A stretch of DNA of 60,815 bases, filler included, from Globobulimina sp. (Eukaryota), in NCBI GenBank assembly GCA_003354225.1. It is 4 parts of 4 records of this genome, joined end to end, with 100 filler letters (N's around TTAATTAATTAA, not from the genome) between each part and the next. Parts side by side here need not be neighbours in the genome. Positions count along the whole stretch, not along the records: positions 1 to 15,923 come from PIVH01000004.1; 3 more parts are not named here. One strand, written 5' to 3'. Position numbers and translations under genes: made by a program. A model generated the notes under the pieces. That model made no database searches, had not been told where the DNA came from, and was given only the letters and a program-made list of their open reading frames with translations. Position 1 is the stretch's first letter, and each line of letters starts with the position of its first letter. Shown here piece after piece: positions 1 through 9,700 of the stretch.

Positions 1-2
1 TG

Positions 3-395
3 GTGTTTGATTTTGAGCGTTCAGAAATACTACAGGAAACAGAAATGAATTTTGAAGTAGGTTCATTTTCTGAACTAGGTGATAAATTAATTGCATTAGC
101 AATTACATCTGGTAAGAATAAAGATAAAGCAGTACGAGCAAAAGTAGTATATGATAAAAGTGGTTTTACCACATTACCTAACTACACAACATACCCTTGG
201 ATTGAACCAATAAGTTTGGTTAAAGAAGAATCTAAAATTAGAATCTTAGGGATAGACCAAATGGAAAGAGTGAAAGCTGATGAAGCACCAAATTCACCTG
301 AGAATCCTTTTTTAGAAGCTAAAGTACCCGAGACAGGGGCAGTAGCTGATTCCAATGATCCATTTGCAGAAACACCAATTGCTCAAGCAGCATAA
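3..395 (+). CDS. Putative phage single-stranded DNA-binding protein, C-terminal part (5' truncated)
   Basis: VRAKVVYDKSGFTTLPNY..IEP core followed by an acidic/Pro tail (DSNDPF); lies directly upstream of the primase as in crAss-like replication modules. Confidence 0.55.
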   Translation: MFDFERSEILQETEMNFEVGSFSELGDKLIALAITSGKNKDKAVRAKVVYDKSGFTTLPNYTTYPWIEPISLVKEESKIRILGIDQMERVKADEAPNSPENPFLEAKVPETGAVADSNDPFAETPIAQAA

Positions 396-486
396 TTAAG
401 TATATAATGTGAAGACCACAATATAGGATTTTGGCCCTAGATTATTAAGCTTACATACCTATATGCCAATATAGGAATATACTATT

Positions 487-651
487 AAGGAGTAGAGTAC
501 AAGTACATATATGTACTCAAGGCTCTGCTCTTTATTTAATAAAAATAAGAAGGAGTGATACAAATCACAACGGACTGTGTACATAATACGAGATACTAAC
601 TACATATTATGAATTAGAACACGCCAGCCCTTTAGTATTCTTCTTATTTTT
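487..651 (+). ncRNA. Two adjacent structured intergenic elements (candidate structured RNA)
   Basis: 12-bp stem 487-498/522-533 encloses AGTACAT-AT-ATGTACT. 14-bp stem 541-554/638-651 encloses GTGAT/ATCAC, GTGT/ACAC and CATAATA/TATTATG helices. Confidence 0.45.
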
Positions 652-666
652 TAATAAATAAACAAT

Positions 667-1656
667 ATGATATACAGTACAGAAAGAATTAAACCTATTA
701 CTGAAGAAAACATTTTAAAAAGAACTACAGAGTATGATATATTTGTTAAATATATAGGTCATACTTTCACAGTAAATTCAAAATTTAGCAGTCCATTACG
801 TAAGGATAAAGATCCATCATTTGGTGTATTCATATCAAGAAAAACAAATAATTTATTATTTAAAGATCAAGCAACAGGTCAATCAGGTAACTGTTTTAAA
901 TTAGTTCAATTAATGGAACGTTTGAGTAGTTACAATGAAGCCTTAAATATAGTCAACTCAGATTTAAACTTAGGATTTTTAGATAGATCAACAAAAGGCA
1001 TACAAGTTAAATCTTATAAAGCAACAAGAACTGATATGCAAATAAAGAAAAGATACTTTGTTAAAAATGATACAAAATACTGGGATCAATTTAATATTGA
1101 TAAAGATACTTTGAAATACTTTAAAGTACATCCCATATCACATGTTTGGGTTAATGACAGAATGGTGTGGCATATTAAAGACACCGAATCTCCAATGTAT
1201 GCATATCAAATATTTAATAAGTTTAAAATATATCGACCATTAGAAAAAGAACCAAATAAATGGTTATCTAATTGTACTGTATATGATATACAAGGGTATC
1301 AACAACTACCACCAAAAGGAGATTTACTAATTATTACCAAATCATTAAAAGATGTAATGGTACTTCATACATTAGGTTATACAGCAATTGCAGCTAATAG
1401 TGAAAATACACTAATACCAGAAAAAGTCATTAAAGAATTATCAAACCGCTTTGAAAAAATTATAGTACTATATGACACAGACTTACCTGGTATACGAGGA
1501 GCTAAATCAATGAGAGATACATATACTCTAGACTGTATACTAATACCTAGAAAATATAATATTAAAGACATTAGTGATTTTATGAGAGATCATAAGATTA
1601 ATAAAACTAAGAAAATGTTAAAAGAATTATTATGGAGAAAAGGAATAAAAAGGTAA
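667..1656 (+). CDS. DNA primase (crAss-like, DnaG/TOPRIM type)
   Basis: N-terminal SPLRKDKDPSF..FKDQATGQSGNCF; TOPRIM motifs LIITKSLKDVM and VLYDTDLPG. Confidence 0.85.
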   Translation: MIYSTERIKPITEENILKRTTEYDIFVKYIGHTFTVNSKFSSPLRKDKDPSFGVFISRKTNNLLFKDQATGQSGNCFKLVQLMERLSSYNEALNIVNSDLNLGFLDRSTKGIQVKSYKATRTDMQIKKRYFVKNDTKYWDQFNIDKDTLKYFKVHPISHVWVNDRMVWHIKDTESPMYAYQIFNKFKIYRPLEKEPNKWLSNCTVYDIQGYQQLPPKGDLLIITKSLKDVMVLHTLGYTAIAANSENTLIPEKVIKELSNRFEKIIVLYDTDLPGIRGAKSMRDTYTLDCILIPRKYNIKDISDFMRDHKINKTKKMLKELLWRKGIKR

Positions 1657-2021
1657 GGAATGCTACTCCTATGATTTATGACGATGTAAAGTTTAAAAGT
1701 AAACTTGAAGTATATTGTTATAAACAATTAAAAGAAGCAGGATTAGAAGCAGATTATGAAAGTAAGAAATATACTTTATTACCTGACTTCGAATATAATG
1801 ATGAAAAAATAAGACCTATTACATTTAAACCTGATTTTCCAGCAAATAACGGTTCATTCATTATAGAATGTAAAGGATTTCCTAACGATGCATTTCCATT
1901 AAAGTGGAAAATGTTTAAATCGTTATTACGTAAGATATTTGGAAATTACGGACCAAGAGTATTTGTAGTAAGAAATCAAAAACAAGTACGAGATGTAATA
2001 AACATATTAAAAAACTTATAA
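1632..2021 (+). CDS. PD-(D/E)XK endonuclease (DUF1064-like)
   Basis: FKSKLE...FKPDF...IIECKG motif pattern. Confidence 0.75.
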   Translation: MEKRNKKVRNATPMIYDDVKFKSKLEVYCYKQLKEAGLEADYESKKYTLLPDFEYNDEKIRPITFKPDFPANNGSFIIECKGFPNDAFPLKWKMFKSLLRKIFGNYGPRVFVVRNQKQVRDVINILKNL

Positions 2022-2022
2022 T

Positions 2023-2415
2023 ATGATAATATCAATAGATTTTGATAATACAATAGTCAAAACAGTAGTACATGATACTAATGTTAGAATAAAAAGATTA
2101 AAGTTTTTATCAAAAAAAATAATAAACAGTTTATATAATGATGGTCATACAATTATAATAAATACATTAAGAAGCGACAGTCCAAAAGTAACTAATAAAA
2201 AGGGACTGACCAAAGCAAAGAATTATTTAAAAGAAAAAGGTATTAACTATCACTTTATAAATGAAAATGATCCTCATGTAATAGAAAAATGGGGAGATAG
2301 TAGAAAGATAGCATGTGATATGTATATAGATGATTTAAACATCATACCATTAACTTCATGGCCTATTATATATTTAATTATAAAAATTAAGACATGGCTA
2401 AAGAAAAATTTATAA
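2023..2415 (+). CDS. Small HAD-superfamily hydrolase
   Basis: IISIDFDNTIV (DxD motif I), IIINTLR, RKIACDMYIDD (motifs III/IV). Confidence 0.8.
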   Translation: MIISIDFDNTIVKTVVHDTNVRIKRLKFLSKKIINSLYNDGHTIIINTLRSDSPKVTNKKGLTKAKNYLKEKGINYHFINENDPHVIEKWGDSRKIACDMYIDDLNIIPLTSWPIIYLIIKIKTWLKKNL

Positions 2416-2756
2416 CAAAAGACTCAGGTAAAAAGAAAATCTATAAATCAGGAATGAATAGAGATTCCGATGAAGGTAAACCTAATTTATATTTATGGTT
2501 ACATAAAGGAATACCTTATAAAGAGCAATTATTAACCAGAATAGGAGCACTAGCTACAAGAGGTGCTGAAAAATATGGTGATAGAAATTGTGAACAAGCT
2601 AATAGTAAAGAAGAATTAGAAAGATATAAAAGTTCTGCAATGAGACATATGTTACAATGGTTAACAGATGAAAATGATGAAGATCATGCAGCAGCAATAT
2701 ATTTTAATATAACTATGACTGAATACGTTAAATATAAAATGAAAAACACAGCATAA
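2394..2756 (+). CDS. dATP/dGTP diphosphohydrolase-like (DUF5664) protein
   Basis: SGMNRD..GK, GAEKYGDRN, SAMRH, EDHAAAIYFN match the DUF5664 pattern. Confidence 0.75.
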   Translation: MAKEKFITKDSGKKKIYKSGMNRDSDEGKPNLYLWLHKGIPYKEQLLTRIGALATRGAEKYGDRNCEQANSKEELERYKSSAMRHMLQWLTDENDEDHAAAIYFNITMTEYVKYKMKNTA

Positions 2757-2757
2757 T

Positions 2758-3792
2758 ATGATAAGCGAAAAACAATATTACGCAGAGAAGAGAGTATCCA
2801 GCTCATCACTTAAGTGGTTTTTAGAATCACCTAAAATGTTTAAAGCACAATTAAACAAAGAAATAGCACAGATACAAAAAAGTTGGCTTAATACTGGTAG
2901 ACAAATACATATGAGTATATTAGAACCTGATTTATTTGATAAATCATATGTGTACTTAGATTATGAAATACCTAAAAGTCAGAATCAAAAAGATTTCTGT
3001 GAGAAATATATATCATTCGTTTCACATTCAAAAACAGATAGTGCTGAAGATGCACAATTAGCTAAAATAGGTGCATATAAAGAAGCATATAATACAAAAA
3101 GTAAATCCGAAGATAAAATCAAAGAAGAAGCTGAAAAATTATATAGATCTTTAGGAAAATACATAGATTATCTAGAGAAATCTAAAGATTATAAAGAAGT
3201 AATGAGTAAATCTAAGTGGGATTTAATATCTACACTTAAAGATGAGACTCACAAGCATAAAAAAGCATCTCAATTACTGTTCGATACTACAGAACAACAA
3301 CTAGATGCAGATTATGAATCATACAATGAAAAGGTAATCTTTTGGGAATACCCTAAGAGTAAACTTGAATGTAAATCTATGATAGATAGATTCGTAATTG
3401 ATAAAAAGAACAAAGTTATTAAATTAATAGACGTCAAGACAACTAGTGATTTAGGTAACTTTAATGATTCAGTTGATAAATATAATTATCACAGACAATT
3501 AATGTTCTATTGGATGGCTATTACATATGAATTTAAAGAATTAATACCAGATATAGAAGGATATAAACAGGAAACATATATTGTAGCATTAAGTACTAAT
3601 TCTGAATTACCAGAATGTAAAGCATTTATTATAGATGAAAATACCATGTATCAAGAAGTAAAAGTAATTGACAAGATAATGAAGAAGTTAGCTTGGCATT
3701 ATGAAGAAGATAAATGGGATTATTCAAAAGAATACTATACAGGTAATGGAGAAGAACCACTTATTGAAATAGAAGTAATAGAAATACAATAA
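2758..3792 (+). CDS. PD-(D/E)XK exonuclease (RecE/ExoVIII-like, DUF3799-like)
   Basis: YY...VSSSSLK, G..IH..ILEP, NEK, CKSMIDRF, IDVKTT, YHRQLMFY. Confidence 0.78.
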   Translation: MISEKQYYAEKRVSSSSLKWFLESPKMFKAQLNKEIAQIQKSWLNTGRQIHMSILEPDLFDKSYVYLDYEIPKSQNQKDFCEKYISFVSHSKTDSAEDAQLAKIGAYKEAYNTKSKSEDKIKEEAEKLYRSLGKYIDYLEKSKDYKEVMSKSKWDLISTLKDETHKHKKASQLLFDTTEQQLDADYESYNEKVIFWEYPKSKLECKSMIDRFVIDKKNKVIKLIDVKTTSDLGNFNDSVDKYNYHRQLMFYWMAITYEFKELIPDIEGYKQETYIVALSTNSELPECKAFIIDENTMYQEVKVIDKIMKKLAWHYEEDKWDYSKEYYTGNGEEPLIEIEVIEIQ

Positions 3793-3793
3793 T

Positions 3794-4306
3794 ATGAAAT
3801 TAAAAAACATAGAAAAGAATCATACATTTAGATTCTTATTTCCATTATTACATGATGGTAAATATAAGGATAATGATTTTTTAACAGAAGGATTTGATGG
3901 AATATATATAGGTGAAAAAGAATATGAAGATAGACTAATACTTATATACAAACCAAACAATACTCAATCGTCTATAGACTTAGATGATAGATTAACATCT
4001 TTATCTACGTTTAACACAGATATAGACCTTAAAGATGGTAGAATAGCATATGTATTTGATACAAATGATACTACCAATATAAGTTTATTTAAACAAGGAA
4101 GATATTCAGAATTCACTAAGGAATTTAAAGATAACTTAATGCACTTCTGGAACTTAGAAATAAACGACCCATTTCATGGTATATTATATAAAACAGAAAT
4201 AGGAGAACAGTACTACAAAGACTTATCAAAGAACTACAGAAACAATACCGCAGAAGGAGAATACTATCCTAAACCAGATATGGAAAAGGAATATAAAGAT
4301 ATATAA
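3794..4306 (+). CDS. Phage hypothetical protein
   Basis: 170-aa ORF starting 2 nt after the upstream stop; FKQGRYSEF motif. Confidence 0.7.
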   Translation: MKLKNIEKNHTFRFLFPLLHDGKYKDNDFLTEGFDGIYIGEKEYEDRLILIYKPNNTQSSIDLDDRLTSLSTFNTDIDLKDGRIAYVFDTNDTTNISLFKQGRYSEFTKEFKDNLMHFWNLEINDPFHGILYKTEIGEQYYKDLSKNYRNNTAEGEYYPKPDMEKEYKDI

Positions 4307-4452
4307 GTTTAATTATAACGGAACGAGGGGTGGATCCTATGAGCCGTGCAGGGTGTCATACTACGGGATGACTAGCTAGACCTATAACTATTTCAATATA
4401 GTGTAGTTAGGGCGAAACGATGTCTTACAGAGACCTGTATAATTAAACTTAT
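4303..4452 (+). ncRNA. Candidate multi-stem structured RNA closed by a perfect 15-bp stem
   Basis: ATAAGTTTAATTATA (4303-4317) / TATAATTAAACTTAT (4438-4452). GC-rich interior with ACGG/CCGT, GCAGG/CCTGT, GTCAT/ATGAC and TAACTA/TAGTTA helices. Confidence 0.55.
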
Positions 4453-4482
4453 GAAATTGTAGTTTGATTAGTTAGTTAAGTT

Positions 4483-4554
4483 AAATAAAGCACTGTCCGG
4501 TTATACGGATGAGAAAGTAATCAATCGATGTCATGGTCGATCAGTGTTTTATTT
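4483..4554 (+). ncRNA. Candidate four-way-junction RNA
   Basis: 13-bp stem 4483-4495/4542-4554 encloses three abutting hairpins: TCCG/CGGA, TGA/TCA and ATCGA/TCGAT. Confidence 0.5.
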
Positions 4555-4623
4555 TTTATAATCAACAAAGATTTTAAATATTAAATACAAGTAATGGTAC
4601 TACAGATATGTATTTATAAATAA

Positions 4624-4875
4624 ATGAAGAATATGAAACTAAAATTAGCAAATGATCAATCTCAATTAGAGTTTGATGAAAACATGGATATTAAGGAATT
4701 AGATTCTATCCATAATGAATATTTCTTACCTTTATTAAAAATGGTAGATGAACTTAAATCTAATCTATCTGATACACTTGATATAATGTCTACATTAGAA
4801 TGTGACACAAGCGTATATAGTAAAATAGAAGAAGAAGCCATTAAATTATTGGAAGAAATATGCAAAAAGGATTAA
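4624..4875 (+). CDS. Phage hypothetical protein
   Basis: 83-aa acidic helical ORF, same strand and composition as neighbours. Confidence 0.6.
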   Translation: MKNMKLKLANDQSQLEFDENMDIKELDSIHNEYFLPLLKMVDELKSNLSDTLDIMSTLECDTSVYSKIEEEAIKLLEEICKKD

Positions 4876-4892
4876 ACACATAATAAAATATT

Positions 4893-6095
4893 ATGAAATT
4901 ATTCAAAAAAAGAGATTTAACAAGAAAGCAACGTAGATTTATATCCAATATGAAAATAAAAGTAAATTCATTATATGGAAAAATGTCTGGACACATGGCT
5001 ACTTGGTTAACAGATGGAACTATTATTTCTAACACTATAGTTGGAAATATAGCAACAACAGTTACACAAACCGTTCCTAATATAAAATTAAGGAATGGAA
5101 ATAGATCTTATGCATGGAAATTACCACCAACTGAAACTTATTATGATAATACATTTACAAATGGTTATGTTGGTATTAACAATACAACTCCATCAGCTAA
5201 ACTACACGTTAATACAACATATCGTGAACCAATAAATGATAATTTCGATTGGGATACATTAGGTACTCCATATTATACAGAACAGATGGCAACTCCACGT
5301 AATAGAGCAAACAATAATACTTTTAATAATAACACCTTAAAAACAATAGATATGACTAATACAGTATGTAATCAAGAACATCAAAACGTAGAAAGTGCAG
5401 TAAAATATTTAACAGAAAAACGCACAGAAGCTTCTCCAGTTTTAGAAATCAATATTGAAAAATATAACAAACTTAAAGACGAAAACGCTGAACTAAAAGC
5501 TCAAGCAAAAGTAACTAAAGAACTTGCTGAAGCAAAACAAGATGTTATTCGTTATGAAGAATCATTTGACGGAGAAGATGCCGTTATATCATATACAGGT
5601 AAAGATAAAGCAGTACAATCATTAGTTGATACTAATACTAAAAGAGATCAAGAAATTAGAGATCTAAAACAACAACTTACAATATTAAATGAAAACGCTA
5701 GTACACAAGCAACAGATTATTTAAGAAGTCAAGGTAGATTCGAACAAAAAATAAAAGAATCTTATGAAGATAAATTTGAAAAAGATAATAAAAATTTAAT
5801 TTCAAAACATAAAAATACAGTAAAAGATTTAGAATATACAATTGATGACCTTAATGATAAAATACGTGAAGCAAATGATCGTAACATGATTTTGTCTGAT
5901 TCAAATAAAACTTATAGAAGTACACTTAATGCCATATTAGAGCGTTTAACTGGAAAAGCTCAAAAATGGTTCAAACGTAAATTTGATTTAAATGCTATAT
6001 TGGCTGCAACAAATCAATATAGAGTAACATCAAATAAAAAAGGTTATAACGATATGTATATAGCTCCACTTACAGGTCATCTGTATTTTGGATAA
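4893..6095 (+). CDS. Phage hypothetical protein with C-terminal coiled coil
   Basis: 400-aa ORF. T/N-rich N-half contains KIKVNSLYGK and GYVGINNTTPSAKLHV; heptad-rich C-half; possible internal start at MTNTVCN. Confidence 0.7.
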   Translation: MKLFKKRDLTRKQRRFISNMKIKVNSLYGKMSGHMATWLTDGTIISNTIVGNIATTVTQTVPNIKLRNGNRSYAWKLPPTETYYDNTFTNGYVGINNTTPSAKLHVNTTYREPINDNFDWDTLGTPYYTEQMATPRNRANNNTFNNNTLKTIDMTNTVCNQEHQNVESAVKYLTEKRTEASPVLEINIEKYNKLKDENAELKAQAKVTKELAEAKQDVIRYEESFDGEDAVISYTGKDKAVQSLVDTNTKRDQEIRDLKQQLTILNENASTQATDYLRSQGRFEQKIKESYEDKFEKDNKNLISKHKNTVKDLEYTIDDLNDKIREANDRNMILSDSNKTYRSTLNAILERLTGKAQKWFKRKFDLNAILAATNQYRVTSNKKGYNDMYIAPLTGHLYFG

Positions 6096-6141
6096 AATAT
6101 AATTTAAGTATGATTAACTTAAATTAATTGTTGATAATAAT

Positions 6142-6167
6142 AAAGGGGCATCACAGCCCCTTTTTTT
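6142..6167 (+). terminator. Intrinsic terminator
   Basis: AAAGGGGC-ATCACA-GCCCCTTT hairpin followed by a T7 run. Confidence 0.8.
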
Positions 6168-6184
6168 ACTTAAAATATACAGAT

Positions 6185-6679
6185 ATGAAAACCTATAAAA
6201 TACCAAAAAATAAAAGATTCAAATCAAAATTCACAATTAAAATTGACTTTGAATGTAAAACAGATAAAAAAGCACGAAAAGAGTTAATTAAAGAAATAAC
6301 TAAGTTGCTAAATAAAAAGAGAGTAACCGTTAAAAAACAAGACGACTACTCAATGACTATAGTAACTCGTGTAAAAAGATTTTATTTCCCAGCTACTACA
6401 AATAGTATTAAAGGAGATTTAATGTATCATGCTAATACTAATCAGTATAACTTTTTTGTAGAAGCAGGTATTAATAGAGCAATTTATACCTGGAAACCAA
6501 AACATTATAAAATATATTATACTGAACGAAGAATTGAAGAACATGTAGTATATATTACTGCTAATTCTGAAGATGAAGCAAGAGATATGTTTTGGGAAGG
6601 AGAATATGAATACGGAGATCATGTAGATACATATGATATTGATCCAGAAGAAATAGTTAGCATAGAAGAAGATCGTTAA
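6185..6679 (+). CDS. Phage hypothetical protein
   Basis: Start moved from TTG 6128 to ATG 6185 because 6142-6167 is a terminator. C-terminal ITANSEDEARD motif is typical of small phage domains. Confidence 0.65.
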   Translation: MKTYKIPKNKRFKSKFTIKIDFECKTDKKARKELIKEITKLLNKKRVTVKKQDDYSMTIVTRVKRFYFPATTNSIKGDLMYHANTNQYNFFVEAGINRAIYTWKPKHYKIYYTERRIEEHVVYITANSEDEARDMFWEGEYEYGDHVDTYDIDPEEIVSIEEDR

Positions 6680-6687
6680 TATATAAC

Positions 6688-6726
6688 AAAAAAGGCGTCT
6701 CATTTGAGATGCCTTTATTTTTTTTT
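6688..6726. terminator. Bidirectional intrinsic terminator between convergent modules
   Basis: A-run, GGCGTCTC/GAGATGCC hairpin, T-run; sits between the + strand replication genes and the - strand virion genes. Confidence 0.85.
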
Positions 6727-6752
6727 AATTTACTTCGTTATCTACATTGCCT

Positions 6753-9700
6753 CTAATTGTCAAACCAATTAAGCTGTGATTCAATATTTATCCAACGTGA
6801 AGCCTGTTTTATCGGCGCCATAAATCCCAACGAATTAGTTAAGTATTTTGAAGCTTTCAATCTACCTTCCCAATCACCACCTTGGAATCTTGCACCTGCA
6901 GACTCATCATCAAATGGATTTACAACTAATGTAACAAGTTTGATTAAGTTTTCAATAACTGACATTGATGCTGCCGGAGATCTTAATATTCTAAATGTCT
7001 CTACTGGATTAACAAAAAATAGTAATTCAGATTTTAACCTTAATGCCTGATAAGCAAGCATTGAATAATACCATTTTGTTCTTTCATCATCAGCTTCACC
7101 TTTCTTTTGTAAGAATATACTACCTAGTATTATAGTTGTCATTAAGAAACCAACTTCACCTGCTGTCTTAATAAGATTAGCTCTTTCGAGTTGAGTTAAT
7201 TGATTATACTTACTTCCTTCAGAAAAACCTTGTTGCATGGTATTCCTCATTTTAAATAAGTCTTTAATTAAACTACCCATAAATCTAGCTGTAGTACGAT
7301 ATGTACCTTCATAATTGTATTCACCAAATTCATTATATTTGTATTGTCGTGTACCATCTTCTAATTTCCTAGAACTAGCATATCTACGTTTAATACCAGT
7401 TGGTATAAACTTTCTAAACATACCGCCCATTCTACCTAACGCCCATCGTTGAATAGCCATTCTACCCTCATCAGTATAGTCACCATGCATGTCAGCTAAT
7501 TTACGCTGTATTTTGAATGATATTATGTCTAATTCATGATCAGTAATTGCTACTCTATCGTCAATCTTTAATACACCATCTTCTGCATAGAATGCATCCA
7601 TTAGAGTCATATCCTTACCGTTATTCTTCTTAATAGTGTTACCTTCCTTATCCTTAGCTAAGATGTTGTCTAACATCGCCATAGCAGCTTTATGCTGCAT
7701 CATATGCTCACCAACATGGTTAGTAAAGAACAATGTATCAGTACGCATCATACGTTGAAAGAAGCCCTTTTTACGGAACTTTGGGGCACGTTTATAGTCG
7801 TCTAATATGTTTAGTCTCTCACCTATGAGATCTACCAAATTTGTGTACCTACGACGGCTTAAATCAGCTATTATTTCAGGTAAATGTACTTCATATTTAC
7901 GAGATGCTTTAAAGTAATTCTTTGGGGTATAAAATTCACCACCGTGTGCTTCAATGCGTTGCATTATTTCACCTAAACCGTAGTTAGCTATACCCTGAAC
8001 AGCGTTGAGACCTAATAGTACATATGCTGTATTAGCATTTAACATGTCTATTGCTTTCTCACTATTCACTTTCATACCAAATACATTAACATCAACACCT
8101 TCTGCTGTACGTTGACCGTAATATTCAGCTTTAAGCCAATCAGCGTAACGTAATGCTATTAATGATACTGCACCTTCTTTAGTTAATTCTCTTTTACGTA
8201 ATAATTTATTTGCATTTTTAAGTGGATTACCTTTAGTATCAGTAAATACTACTTTTCTAGTCTCTACTAAGTATTTAGATAATTCAACTTCTGATAATAT
8301 CTCATACTTGTACTTATAGTTAAGTGCAGATTGATACCTTTTATTAACAGCAGTTGCTATATCAAATGATTGATTTTTAATATCAAATACACCACTATAA
8401 TACATAGGTAAGAACATCTTAACTTTATCTAATTCATCTACTATTACTTCTTTCTCCCCAGTTTCTCCAACCTGTCCTCTATCTACATCATACTGATGTT
8501 TAGTAATATCCATACCTACAGCTTTCTCCATTATAGTAACAGGTTTCTGACCTTCTACTATTCTTTCGGTTATATCTTTTTCAATAGTTGGTATTTGATA
8601 ACTTAAACCATACCAGTTTAATCTATATTTCTGTGATAACCATGAGTCACTCTCTTCAATTGCAGCTAATGTGAAATTATAAAATTCTTTTCTAGGATCT
8701 TTTTCATCTATCTTATCAAATTTCTTCCATTCAGGATTTCTCCATTTTTCAATTGGTTCTCTATAATCCCAAGCATTTCTATAAACCCATTGATTGATTG
8801 CTTCAGCTGCTTCAACATTATCTTTAAGTACAAACACAATATTTTTAGGTCTTTTCTTAGCATCATTTGCAAATACACGTTCCATTTCAGCAGCAGTTAT
8901 CTTATCATTAGCATATAACTCATCCTTAATAAATGATTTACGAGCAGCTTTAAATTTCTTCTTATTTAATGGTACATTCTTATCTTTCCATGCTCTAATC
9001 TTACTTTCTTTTTGTAGATCAGATAATTTAATATCCTCATTAATTGATGTCTTATAATCAATGTACGTCTTAATCATTGTACTTTTAAAAGGATGTATTA
9101 TGGAACCAGTAGGTTTCTTAGTCTTTTCATCATGTTCCATCATAAAACTATATCTCTTTTCAGGAGATGAAAATAGTCTTTCAGGTACTACTTTCTCTAA
9201 AGCTTGTACTTTCTTATACATTTTATTGACAAATTCAATACCTTCTTTCCTAGCTTTCATGTTTTGTAAGCTAATAGCCTTGATCATTACTGATACAATA
9301 GGATCATTGATATCAGGTGCATTACCAACCCATCTCTCTAAGTATGTAATATCAAACTGAGCTTCTTTTAATTCAGCAATTAAATGTAATCTTGAATCAT
9401 TCTTAATCTTATTAGCATGTTCACCTAAAAACTTCTTCTTATAATCTTCTAAAGTACCACGAGTATCTTTATTCTCGTTTAACCATTCTTTTTCAGCTCT
9501 TATTTCAGCGTCTTTTGCAATTCTAGTATATATAGGATTCTCATCATTTAGTAAGAAATCAGCTAAGTACTCATAACCATAAGTCCTATATGCTCTCTTG
9601 ATCTCATTCTTCATGTCGATAATATCATTGATCGTCTCAAATGACATCTTATGTTCTTTCTTCAGTTTATCAAATCCTACTGTCTTTTTAATCTCTTCTT

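Noticed and set aside
4337-4424. Hammerhead-like words CTATGA-GCC...GGC-GAAAC..GTC
   Set aside because: The core would need CUGANGA (a G is missing) and I could not form stems I and III; kept only as an unassigned structured RNA.
6128-6184. TTG-started N-terminal extension of the 183-aa ORF
   Set aside because: It overlaps an intrinsic terminator; ATG 6185 is the more plausible start.
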